Assembly (NCBI GenBank): GCA_947630715.1
Contig: CANRIP010000012.1
Coordinates: 123 to 64,122, forward strand
DNA: 64,000 nucleotides
From: an uncultured Acetatifactor sp.
GTDB lineage: Bacteria > Bacillota > Clostridia > Lachnospirales > Lachnospiraceae
Direction: 5' to 3'
The translations under genes and the position numbers were made by a program. Below are positions 1 through 8,663 of this stretch, piece after piece. Every line of letters begins with the position of its first letter. The first letter of the stretch is position 1. The notes below the pieces were generated by a model, which saw only the letters and a list, made by a program, of their open reading frames with translations, made no database searches and had not been told where the DNA came from.

Positions 1-151
1 AGAAGTGTGGACGCATACTGCTGCACCTCTCTTGATTTCTCAGTGGGGTACGTTAGCGGCAGATCGCTCTGCCGCCGGGGTACTCTGCGTGAGAAGTCGG
101 AGTTTGAAAGAACTGCGATGAGTTGGCCGTAGTTTTCGCGGTTCTTTTTTC
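1..151 (+). promoter_or_regulatory. Structured 5' leader ending in a terminator-like hairpin upstream of the lipoprotein gene (possibly cut by the window edge)
   Basis: Nested stems TTGATTTCTCA/TGAGAAGTCGG, GTGGGGTAC/GTACTCTGC and GCGGCAGA/TCTGCCGC, then AAGAACTGCGA/TCGCGGTTCTT followed by a T-run. Confidence 0.45.
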
Positions 152-214
152 ATGCTTCGTAGCAGCATTTTCAAAGGAGCATGCTCCGCAGGAGACAAAA
201 AAAGGAGGAAACAG

Positions 215-1225
215 ATGAAAAAGAATATTTTGACGCTGGTACTGGCGGTGACGACCGTGGCGATGATCGCGGGCTGTGGCAAGGCGCAGGAGACTGCAAG
301 CGGCAATGCAGAGGAAACGGCGCAGACACAGGAGACAACAGGCGACAATGCAGACGGGGCGGAACAGGAACCGGAAATCGCAGATGGCAATGGCAATGCG
401 GCAGGGGCGGCACAAACACAGGAGCCGGAGTGTGCCCATGAGTGGGTGGAGGCCACCTATGCGGCGCCCAAGACCTGTAAACTCTGCGGCGAGACGGAGG
501 GCGAGCCCAAGCAGAGTTACTTTGACGAGCATGGCGTGAGCGTGCCGGACGGCCCGGTGAACTGCATCGTGGACTACATTTATTATAACCTGAATGATCC
601 GGAGACCTACTGCAGAGTGGGAGATGCTGTGTATACCCAGACCGACTGCTACGCGGAGCCTGTGGATGAGGAAGGGTATCAGAACGTCTACCTGACGTTG
701 ACGTTGGCTTTGCAGCCCGGTTGCTATTATGACGCGGCGGAGAATATAGAGTATTTGAATTTCACTGCGAGTGGTGTGGGCGTATATGACTGGTACACAG
801 GGCGCAAACTGCCTGCCCGCAGCACAAGTGACGATGATGCGCAGGAGTATGCTGTCACGCTGGACATCGATGGGGTGAGCTATGAGGTGTCCTATTCTAT
901 GCAGATTTCCTGGGAACAGGGCAATTGGGTGTATGACGAAACAAGGAACGGTACATCGAGTATGACAGGCACGTTTCAATACGTCTTCCGGATACCGGAA
1001 GGTTATGACGGGCTGGTGTGCAGCGTATGTCCTTGGAGAGAGTATGAAGAACCGGATACTGAGACAGTATCCGGCTTGGACGAGGCGGAGTATGCTGACC
1101 TTGATCCGACCGATGAGGAGACGGAGGAGGATAAGAAGATTGTGGAAGACACGCGCTACTTCCGCATCAACCGCACTGAGATTCCGGTCAGGGAGGCGGA
1201 GGCTGGTACGGAAGACGAAACCTGA
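215..1225 (+). CDS. Acidic lipoprotein of unknown function
   Basis: RBS AGGAGG before ATG 215; signal peptide MKKNILTLVLAVTTVAMIAG-C with lipobox; low-complexity linker; HEWVEAT..PKTCKLCGETEG motif. Confidence 0.8.
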   Translation: MKKNILTLVLAVTTVAMIAGCGKAQETASGNAEETAQTQETTGDNADGAEQEPEIADGNGNAAGAAQTQEPECAHEWVEATYAAPKTCKLCGETEGEPKQSYFDEHGVSVPDGPVNCIVDYIYYNLNDPETYCRVGDAVYTQTDCYAEPVDEEGYQNVYLTLTLALQPGCYYDAAENIEYLNFTASGVGVYDWYTGRKLPARSTSDDDAQEYAVTLDIDGVSYEVSYSMQISWEQGNWVYDETRNGTSSMTGTFQYVFRIPEGYDGLVCSVCPWREYEEPDTETVSGLDEAEYADLDPTDEETEEDKKIVEDTRYFRINRTEIPVREAEAGTEDET

Positions 1226-1292
1226 GATCGAGACTGCGAAGTAAACGGAAAAAAGTTTATCTTCCATTCCGATTTTTTGGCACATTTTCGCA

Positions 1293-1326
1293 CGGCGGCG
1301 GAGTCATACGGCTCTGCCGCTTTTTC
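1293..1326 (+). terminator. Rho-independent terminator candidate
   Basis: GCGGCGGAG-loop-CTCTGCCGC followed by TTTTT, downstream of the CDS ending at 1225. Confidence 0.5.
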
Positions 1327-1420
1327 CTACCAGGCGGCGGATAGGCAGCGGACGGACTGGAGGGAATCGGGCTTAGGGAGCACAAATGCTTTTTTTACGG
1401 CGTACAAACGCTTTTTATGC

Positions 1421-1449
1421 TTGACAATCGGTTTATTTTTATTTATTAT
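1421..1449 (+). promoter_or_regulatory. Sigma70/SigA promoter of tRNA-Pro
   Basis: TTGACA-17 bp-TATTAT, 15 nt upstream of the tRNA. Confidence 0.75.
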
Positions 1450-1464
1450 TTTACTGTTACCAAT

Positions 1465-1538
1465 CGGCGCGTGGCTCAGCTTGGTAGAGCGCTGCGTTCG
1501 GGACGCAGAGGTCGCGTGTTCGAATCACGTCGCGCCGA
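1465..1538 (+). tRNA. tRNA-Pro (anticodon CGG)
   Basis: Acceptor stem CGGCGCG/CGCGCCG, D-arm GCTCAGCTTGGTAGAGC, anticodon arm CTGCG-TTCGGGA-CGCAG, TTCGAATC T-loop; CCA not encoded. Confidence 0.97.
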
Positions 1539-1620
1539 TTTGTGAACCCCAGAAATGGGGTTCATTTTCGTTGAGGAAAAAACGCGGCAAAAACTGCCGC
1601 TGGAAGGATTGGGACGCCGC

Positions 1621-3132
1621 ATGCTGCCGGAAGGGTTTTTCAATCAGATGGAACCGCTCCTTCATACAGAATTCCAACGGTTTGCCGATGCCCTTACGCA
1701 GCCGCCCTGCCATGGGCTCAGGCTCAATCCGCTGAAACAAAACGCCAACGGGAAAAACGCGGCGGAGCTTTTGTCCCCCCTTGGCGGCTCATCTCCGGTT
1801 TCTTTTTCCGGCGGCGGAAAATCCTTTGCAGAGCTTACCCCCGTTTCCTGGGCGGCGGACGGCTATTATTACGCCCCCTCCAGCCAGCCCGGCAGGCACC
1901 CTTATCAGGAAGCGGGCGTTTATTATATCCAGGAACCCAGCGCCATGGCTCCCGGGGAACTTTTAGAGGCCCGTCCCGGCGACCGGGTTCTGGATCTGTG
2001 CGCCGCGCCCGGCGGAAAAAGCACTCAGCTTGCGGCGGCGCTTAAGGGCAGGGGATTTCTTCTCGCCAACGAAATTCATCCCGGGCGGGCCAGGATTCTC
2101 TCCGAAAACATAGAGCGCATGGGAATTGGCAACGCTCTTGTGACGAACGAAACTCCCCAGCGGCTGGCGGATGCGTTTCCCTCTTATTTTGACCGGATCC
2201 TTGTGGACGCTCCCTGCTCCGGGGAGGGAATGTTCCGGAAAAACCCGGACGCCTGGAGGGAGTGGAGCCTGGAAAATCTCCGTCTCTGCGAGGACAGACA
2301 GGACAAAATCCTGGACTGCGCCGCAAACATGCTCGCCCCGGGCGGGAGGATGGTATATTCCACCTGCACCTTCAATCCCGGGGAAAATGAAGGATCCGTG
2401 GAAAGATTTCTGAAACGACACCCGGATTTTCATCTGCTCCCCATAACAAAAACTCCCTTCCTGTCCGCCCTGAGAACCGATCTTCCCCGTTCCAACGCTG
2501 GCACGGAATGCGACGGCGTTCCCGGCTGGGCGGGAGGCGATCCTGCCCTGGCCGGTACGCTCCGCCTGTGGCCTCACCGGGTCAAGGGGGAGGGACATTT
2601 TGCCGCCCTGCTGCAAAGGTCGGGTTCCCCCTGCGCCCATCCTGGGGGAAACGGCGGCCACAGATCCTTATCGTCCAGGGAACTGGCCGACTTTTCCCGT
2701 TTCTGCGAAGAAAACTTACATCTGCCAGAGGACGGCCTTGCCCCTGGGCTCTGCGCTGCCGCGGGGATGGGGGAGGATACGTTTTTCCACCGGTTTGGGG
2801 ACAACCTGTACCTGACGCCCGTAACCTTTCCGAACCTGAAGGGGCTGAAGGTCTTACGTCCCGGTCTGCACCTTGGACAGATGAAAAAAGACCGTTTTGA
2901 ACCTTCCCATGCGCTGGCGCTGGCTCTTTCGCCCCAAGCAGTCTCCCGGATCTGGGATCTTTCCTCTCAAAGCGATTTTCCGGACGCTTATCTGCGGGGA
3001 GAAACCTTCCCCGCAGAGGGAGAAGGGGGCTGGCATTTGATCTGCGTGGACGGGTTCGGTACAGGCTGGGGCAAGCTTTCCGGCGGTATCATGAAAAATC
3101 ATTACCCCAAGGGCCTGCGGATTCTCCGCTGA
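1621..3132 (+). CDS. rsmF: RsmB/NOP (NOL1/NOP2/Sun) family rRNA m5C methyltransferase, RsmF-like
   Basis: YYIQEPSAM, DLCAAPGGKS, DAPCSGEGMFRK, YSTCTF, LWPH..GEGHF and C-terminal KNHYPKGLR; start placed at MLPEGF (ORF opens at 1555). Confidence 0.9.
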   Translation: MLPEGFFNQMEPLLHTEFQRFADALTQPPCHGLRLNPLKQNANGKNAAELLSPLGGSSPVSFSGGGKSFAELTPVSWAADGYYYAPSSQPGRHPYQEAGVYYIQEPSAMAPGELLEARPGDRVLDLCAAPGGKSTQLAAALKGRGFLLANEIHPGRARILSENIERMGIGNALVTNETPQRLADAFPSYFDRILVDAPCSGEGMFRKNPDAWREWSLENLRLCEDRQDKILDCAANMLAPGGRMVYSTCTFNPGENEGSVERFLKRHPDFHLLPITKTPFLSALRTDLPRSNAGTECDGVPGWAGGDPALAGTLRLWPHRVKGEGHFAALLQRSGSPCAHPGGNGGHRSLSSRELADFSRFCEENLHLPEDGLAPGLCAAAGMGEDTFFHRFGDNLYLTPVTFPNLKGLKVLRPGLHLGQMKKDRFEPSHALALALSPQAVSRIWDLSSQSDFPDAYLRGETFPAEGEGGWHLICVDGFGTGWGKLSGGIMKNHYPKGLRILR

Positions 3133-3187
3133 CCCGGCGCGGTAAAAAGGAAACAGCCGCCTTTCCATGCGGCTCACAGGAGAAACC

Positions 3188-3946
3188 ATGCAGACACAGA
3201 TTCTCTATGAAGATCAGGACATTCTGGTCATTCGCAAACCCGCCGGACTTGCCGCCCAGACTGCGCGGGTGGATCGGCCAGACGTGGAAAGCGAACTGAA
3301 AAATTACCTTGCCCCGTCCGCCTCCCCCTTCCTTGTCCATCGGCTGGATCAGCCGGTGGAGGGATTGATGGCAGTGGGGAAAAACCGGAAGGCCGCCGCT
3401 TCGCTGTCCGCCCAGCTAAACCGGACGGACGGAAGGGGGAAGTTGGTGAAACGCTATTATTGCGTGTTTTACAAAAATACATCCGCCCAGGAGGGACAGT
3501 TGTGGGATTTTCTGTATCGGGAGCCGGGAAACCGGGCGGCGGCAAGGGATGCGGACACCGAAGGGGATGGGGATGCCGAAGGGAAGGCCAGCGCCAAAGC
3601 GGCGTCTCTGTCTTATCGGATAGTACAGGAAACCGGCGTCCCTCTGCCGGCAGATGGGGCCGCGATACCCGGGATCATTTTCCCGATACGGCTGGCTCTT
3701 GCGGTTGTGACGACGGATACCGGACGGTTTCATCAGATACGGGCCCAGATGGCCCACGCCGGCATGCCGCTTCTGGGCGATCAAAAATACGGAAACGATG
3801 TTTCCCTCCGGCTTTCATCGGCCCTGGGGATCCGCAATGTGGCGCTGTGCGCGTACAGTCTGGAATTTGCGCACCCTGTTTCCCATAAAACCCTGCGCTT
3901 TCAGATCACGCCGCAGGGAAAAGCGTTTTCTTATTTTTCCTTCTGA
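3188..3946 (+). CDS. RluA-family pseudouridine synthase
   Basis: ILYED..ILVIRKPAG, HRLD catalytic motif, TGRFHQIRAQMA, PLLGDQKYG. Confidence 0.92.
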   Translation: MQTQILYEDQDILVIRKPAGLAAQTARVDRPDVESELKNYLAPSASPFLVHRLDQPVEGLMAVGKNRKAAASLSAQLNRTDGRGKLVKRYYCVFYKNTSAQEGQLWDFLYREPGNRAAARDADTEGDGDAEGKASAKAASLSYRIVQETGVPLPADGAAIPGIIFPIRLALAVVTTDTGRFHQIRAQMAHAGMPLLGDQKYGNDVSLRLSSALGIRNVALCAYSLEFAHPVSHKTLRFQITPQGKAFSYFSF

Positions 3947-3950
3947 TCCG

Positions 3951-3980
3951 GTTATAGTTTCCGCAAAAACAATCATACTA
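3951..3980 (+). promoter_or_regulatory. Possible sporulation-sigma (SigE/SigG-like) promoter
   Basis: GTTATA-17 bp-CATACTA upstream of the YtvI-like gene. Confidence 0.35.
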
Positions 3981-4079
3981 ACTCTCGAGAAAGCCCTTTC
4001 GGCACAGGAAGATTTTTTCCGCAGGGGGAAGGGGGAGAGCGAACCGCTCTCCCAGACAAAAATCATCGGGGAGACAAGT

Positions 4080-5129
4080 ATGGAAGAAAAAATCTGGCAT
4101 AACCGGCTGATCCTGCTGCTGCTTTTGACGGCGGCAGTCTATCTTTTTCTAAAGGTGATCGCGCCGCTTACGGCGCCTGTCCTGATCGCCATGCTCTTTG
4201 TCACCATCTTCGGCCCCCTGCTGCAAAAGCTTCAGCGCCATTTTCATGTGCACAGGCAGATTGGCGCCGTATTTCTGCTCACCTTTTTCTGCGCCATTCT
4301 CGGACTTCTCATCTGGATCCTGTTTTCCTGGATCGTAGGCAGTCTGCCAAACTGGATCGATGGGCTGGACTCCTTGGAGCAGGGCCTTTCCCAGATGATC
4401 CACGCCATCTGCGGTTCCGTGGGAAAAAACATCGGCATAGACAGCGTGTATCTGGAAAAGACCATACTGGCCAGCATCCGGGACGGGTTTGACTATTTTC
4501 AAAAACAATTCCTCCCCGGGATGCTCTCCCAGTCTCTGACCTACGCTAGAGCAGCCGCGGTCTTCGGCGGTTTTCTGCTTACCTTCCTCATCGCCACCGT
4601 GCTGCTGGCAAAGGATTACGATGACATTATGAACCGGCTGTTGGACCGGGAGGACTGCCATCTGTTTCTGGAGATTATCTGCGGCATCATCCGCTATCTG
4701 GCCACTTATGTGAAGGCCCAGTTGATCATTATGAATCTGATCGGGATTTTGGCGGCCGTGGTTCTGAGCCTTTGCGGCATTCAGAACGGAATCCTCTGGG
4801 GCCTTTTGGCGGGTATTCTGGACGCATTTCCCTTTATCGGCACGGGAGTGGTGCTGGTTCCGCTGGGGATCCAGCAGCTTTTTTACGGCCATTACGGGCG
4901 CGCCGCCGCCTGTCTCCTTCTCTATGTCTCCTGTATCGTCATCCGGGAGACGCTGGAGCCAAGACTGATCGGCAAGCGCGTGGGCGTCTCCCCCATCGCC
5001 ATCCTGCTTTCCCTCTACGCCGGCATCCGGCTGTTCGGCGTCTGGGGCATCATAGAGGGGCCTCTGGGATTTGTCATTATTCACCAGACATACTTGAGCA
5101 TATGCAGGCGTCTGCCTCAGAAAAATTAA
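4080..5129 (+). CDS. ytvI: AI-2E family membrane protein, sporulation integral membrane protein YtvI-like
   Basis: Multi-TM; LDAFPFIGTG..LVP, RETLEPRLIGKRVGVSP and FGVWGIIEGP motifs; ATG at 4080. Confidence 0.8.
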   Translation: MEEKIWHNRLILLLLLTAAVYLFLKVIAPLTAPVLIAMLFVTIFGPLLQKLQRHFHVHRQIGAVFLLTFFCAILGLLIWILFSWIVGSLPNWIDGLDSLEQGLSQMIHAICGSVGKNIGIDSVYLEKTILASIRDGFDYFQKQFLPGMLSQSLTYARAAAVFGGFLLTFLIATVLLAKDYDDIMNRLLDREDCHLFLEIICGIIRYLATYVKAQLIIMNLIGILAAVVLSLCGIQNGILWGLLAGILDAFPFIGTGVVLVPLGIQQLFYGHYGRAAACLLLYVSCIVIRETLEPRLIGKRVGVSPIAILLSLYAGIRLFGVWGIIEGPLGFVIIHQTYLSICRRLPQKN

Positions 5130-5130
5130 A

Positions 5131-5159
5131 TTGACGAACGCAGACCGGTAGATTATGAT
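5131..5159 (+). promoter_or_regulatory. SigA promoter
   Basis: TTGACG-17 bp-TATGAT upstream of ATG 5192. Confidence 0.6.
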
Positions 5160-5191
5160 AAAGGCAAAGGTTTTCCACAGGAGGAAAAGGG

Positions 5192-6847
5192 ATGGAGCCT
5201 CTGCAAAAATTTGTTAACATCCTGCTGCACTATGCCATTTGCGTTTATCTTGTCCTGATTCTGGGAATCATGCCCTTTTACAGCACTGACGGATACAGCC
5301 GCATCGGCACGGATAAAAGCCGGTTTTTCCATTTTGTATCGCTGCGCGTGGGCAGCGTTGCCGCCGCCGCGGCCGTGTTGTATCTCCTGATCCTCCTGAT
5401 CCGACAGCGGAAACATGTCTTGAAGACCATACGGGAACATGTGAGCGTCACGGATTTTTTTGCGGCCGGGTACGGGGTTGTGCTGATTCTTTCCTATTTA
5501 TTGACGGATTACAGGGAAACCGCCCTCTGGGGGTATGCGGGCTGGTACATGGGATTCTGGCCTCAGATGATTTTCCTCCTGATCTACTTCCTGGTGTCAA
5601 AGGCCTGGAAACCCGGGAAATGGGGGCTGTATCTTGCCATGACCGTCTCCGCCGTTGTTTTTTTGATCGGCTATGTCAACCGCCTGGGAATGGATCCCCT
5701 GCACATGCTGCTGTCTGGCTCCGACTTTATCTCCACCATCGGAAACATCAACTGGTACTGCGGCTATCTGGTTTCCGTCTTTTTCGCGGGGACAGCGCTT
5801 CTCTGGCAATACAGGGGCAAAATCACCGTAAAGCTTTTGCTGCTTGCAGCGTACGGGTTGACCGGGTTTTGCACCCTGATCACCCAGGGCAGCGACAGCG
5901 GGCTGGTCGCTTTTGCGGCGGTTTTTCTCGTTATGCTGATCTTCTCCGCCAAAGACGGCGAGAGAATGTTTCTGTTTGTGGCGGAGCTTTGCCTCTTTTC
6001 CGGATCCTGCCTGATCACCTGGATCCTGCGTCTTACGTTTCCGCAAGAAACCCCGCAGAGCTTTGGACTGGCCGATTTTCTCAGCCGGGACGGATGGCCT
6101 TTCCTGCTGTGGGGATTGTCCGCCCTTGCGCTGTTTTTTGTCTTTCGGCGTATCCATACCCACGCCTATTCGGTCAAAAGGGCGCGGATGGTATCAAGAA
6201 CCGTGGTGGTCACCGTGGTTATTCTGTCTGCGGCGCTGTCTGGCATGATTTTGTTCAACTCCCTGCACCCAGGCATTTTGGGGCCGCTGTCCGAAAACCC
6301 GTTTTTTACATACACCGTCCATTGGGGCAGCAACCGGGGGGCTACTTGGCAAGCCGGGTGGAGGTGTTTTCTGGAACAAAACTTTCTGCATAAGCTTTTC
6401 GGCGTGGGGCCGGACAGCATGGGAGAATATTTATACAAGGGGGCCTCGCCTGAACTGACTGCCCTGGTAAGAGACAGCTTTGCCAGCGCCATCCTGACCA
6501 ATGCGCACAACGAATGGCTTACCGTCCTGGTCGATACGGGAATCCTGGGGTTGGCCGCCTTCGCCGGCATGATGCTTTCCGCCATTTACCGGTTTTTCAA
6601 GAAGGCCGATTCCCATCCGGCGGCCTGCGCCTGCGGTTTCTGCCTGCTGGCCTACACGGTCAACAATTTTTTCAGTTTTCAGCAGTCCATGAGCACCGCC
6701 ACCATTTTTGTTATGTTCGGCATGGGAGAAGCGTTTCTGAGACAAAAACCGGAGGAAAACGCCGCCTCCTCCAGATATACCGCCAAAAAGAAACACCGCA
6801 AAGGGAACAAGAACCGTTCCCGGCGGCGAAAGGAGAATCAGAAATGA
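5192..6847 (+). CDS. O-antigen ligase/polymerase-like polytopic membrane protein
   Basis: Many TMs; STIGNINW, GSNRG..W, LFGVGPD and NAHNEWL..L..TGILG motifs. Confidence 0.8.
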   Translation: MEPLQKFVNILLHYAICVYLVLILGIMPFYSTDGYSRIGTDKSRFFHFVSLRVGSVAAAAAVLYLLILLIRQRKHVLKTIREHVSVTDFFAAGYGVVLILSYLLTDYRETALWGYAGWYMGFWPQMIFLLIYFLVSKAWKPGKWGLYLAMTVSAVVFLIGYVNRLGMDPLHMLLSGSDFISTIGNINWYCGYLVSVFFAGTALLWQYRGKITVKLLLLAAYGLTGFCTLITQGSDSGLVAFAAVFLVMLIFSAKDGERMFLFVAELCLFSGSCLITWILRLTFPQETPQSFGLADFLSRDGWPFLLWGLSALALFFVFRRIHTHAYSVKRARMVSRTVVVTVVILSAALSGMILFNSLHPGILGPLSENPFFTYTVHWGSNRGATWQAGWRCFLEQNFLHKLFGVGPDSMGEYLYKGASPELTALVRDSFASAILTNAHNEWLTVLVDTGILGLAAFAGMMLSAIYRFFKKADSHPAACACGFCLLAYTVNNFFSFQQSMSTATIFVMFGMGEAFLRQKPEENAASSRYTAKKKHRKGNKNRSRRRKENQK

Positions 6848-7287
6848 AACAGCAGCAAACACAAGAACAGACAATGGACAAAACCATCGATCAGACAGAG
6901 CTTGCAAAGCTTAGAAGGTCGCTGCGGAGCACCAGAATTTTTTGTATCTTATCTTCCCTGCTCACGGCGTGTCTGCTGGCAGGAGGCATCTTCTGCTTTG
7001 CCGCCATCCGCCAGGCCGCCGTCAAAGTAAAACCGATCCTGCAGCAGATCACGGCCCTGGACATGGAGGAACTCAACGGCACCGTGGATCAGCTAAACGC
7101 CACTCTGGAAAGCGTGGACTGGAAACAGCTCTCCCAAACCATAGGACAGTTGGATATGGACTCCATTAACACCGCCATCCAGAACCTGGATACAGCCGAG
7201 CTGTCAAAAGCGCTGGAAAATCTGAACAGCGCCATCGATACGCTGGAAAAAATCAGTCAGGCGTTTCAAAAGCTGACCCAATTTTAA
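6844..7287 (+). CDS. Membrane-anchored coiled-coil hypothetical protein
   Basis: ATGA overlap with the upstream stop, RBS AGGAG, one TM followed by heptad-like LD..L repeats. Confidence 0.7.
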   Translation: MKQQQTQEQTMDKTIDQTELAKLRRSLRSTRIFCILSSLLTACLLAGGIFCFAAIRQAAVKVKPILQQITALDMEELNGTVDQLNATLESVDWKQLSQTIGQLDMDSINTAIQNLDTAELSKALENLNSAIDTLEKISQAFQKLTQF

Positions 7288-7323
7288 CCGTCGTCCCGGG
7301 GCCGCGCAGTCAGGGTAATCCTG

Positions 7324-8049
7324 TTAAATTCTCCTGGTAATGCTGTCGGGATGAAACGGTTTTGCCACAAACGCCCTGGCGCCCAGGCTGCGCGCCATCC
7401 GGACGACGGGTTCCTTGCACATCGCGGAAAGCATGATCACTTTCCGGTCATGCCGGTCGGAAATCATCTGTTTCAGCACGTCCAGCCCGTGCATTTGCGG
7501 CATCAGGATGTCCAGGATACAAATGTCCGGAGTTTCGTTCTCCAGGAGCTTAAGGGCCTGGAGCCCGTTTTCCGCCTGGAGCACGGTGTGTCCCGATTTT
7601 GTAAGGATATCTGACAGCATCATCCGCATAAAGTCAGAATCATCCACAATCAAAACCCGCTTGGGCGTTCCGTCGGAAACCAGATCGACGTCTGCAAAAA
7701 TAGGGTCGATCTGGCTTTGATTTAACACATCCTGAAGGTCATTGTGCAGGTACAGCTCATCCAGGGTTTCCCCGCAGTTTTGCAGTTCTTCAAGAGTGGT
7801 AAAGCGCATGTGGGAGGCATCAAATACAATCTGGTTTTGCTGATGATGCCCGGTTTCGCCGTCAAATAATTCATCCGCAGAAACAAACAGCGTTTTGGAC
7901 AGAAGCGGTATCAGGGAAATGTCAGGGCAGGAAACGCCCGTTTCCCATCTGGAAACCGCCTGTGGCGTGATGCAAAGCTTTTTTGCCAGTTCTTCCTGCG
8001 TCAGATTATTTTTGATCCTTAACTCTCTGATTTTTTTGCCAATATTCAC
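7324..8049 (-). CDS. XRE-family HTH protein fused to a CheY-like receiver domain
   Basis: N-terminal IGKKIRELR..LTQEELA..VSRWETG..PD; C-terminal VLIVDD..MRMMLSDIL..LDILMP..MLSA..KPF; GTG start at 8049. Confidence 0.88.
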   Translation of the reverse strand: MNIGKKIRELRIKNNLTQEELAKKLCITPQAVSRWETGVSCPDISLIPLLSKTLFVSADELFDGETGHHQQNQIVFDASHMRFTTLEELQNCGETLDELYLHNDLQDVLNQSQIDPIFADVDLVSDGTPKRVLIVDDSDFMRMMLSDILTKSGHTVLQAENGLQALKLLENETPDICILDILMPQMHGLDVLKQMISDRHDRKVIMLSAMCKEPVVRMARSLGARAFVAKPFHPDSITRRI

Positions 8050-8114
8050 AAAAGTAACCCCTTTTCTCTGGAATGGCTCTATTTTATCAGAAAGCGCCGC
8101 GTCTGTCACTCAAT

Positions 8115-8462
8115 TCATAATTGCGCCGGAAGGGCCATGTATTCATATTCGATCCAACTGCCGCTGCCAGTCCAGCCGGCAGATTCTTTCGTCAGGTTCC
8201 CGTAATTGTCATATTCCCAGGAATAACTGTTCCACCAGTCTATACTGCCGTCCGGGCAATAATACGTCTCCTTCGTACACACCCAGATCTTCTCAGCCCC
8301 CGAATCCGCAGACGTTTTTTGCAGGGCAGGACTTTCCTTTTCATCTTCCTGTTCTTCTCTGGCCTTAGCGCTGCTTTCCGTCTCCCTGCTGTCTCCACAG
8401 CCGGACAGAACCGATACGGCCAGCGCCGCTGCCAAGAAGAATGTCCAGGTTCTCTTTTTCAT
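8115..8462 (-). CDS. Small lipoprotein with a single YD/RHS-like unit
   Basis: Lipobox LSG-C, RBS GAGG, motif YSWEYDNYGNLTKE. Confidence 0.7.
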   Translation of the reverse strand: MKKRTWTFFLAAALAVSVLSGCGDSRETESSAKAREEQEDEKESPALQKTSADSGAEKIWVCTKETYYCPDGSIDWWNSYSWEYDNYGNLTKESAGWTGSGSWIEYEYMALPAQL

Positions 8463-8495
8463 GTTTATACCTCATTTCCGCGCTGATCTTTGCGC

Positions 8496-8521
8496 AGATT
8501 GAAAATTTTAATTTTCAATCT
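8496..8521. promoter_or_regulatory. Perfect inverted repeat, operator candidate
   Basis: AGATTGAAAATT-TT-AATTTTCAATCT, 33 bp upstream of the ATG at 8462. Confidence 0.55.
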
Positions 8522-8663
8522 TTTTCCTTTCCCCACTGTTTTGATTTCCTTTACCCGGGCTACACATCATGTCCGCTGCTTCCCTTATCGCCCATGTGAT
8601 GGGAAGATCGAAATCTTTTTCCGGTCACATCCCACCGCAAGAAACACCGCCAGCGCAGGAAAC

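Noticed and set aside
53-1285. 410-aa minus-strand ORF
   Set aside because: Antisense to a lipoprotein gene with a clear RBS and signal peptide
1465-1538. tRNA-Pro (and tRNA-Lys at 16345) as island integration sites
   Set aside because: No integrase nearby and no duplicated tRNA 3' end noticed in the window
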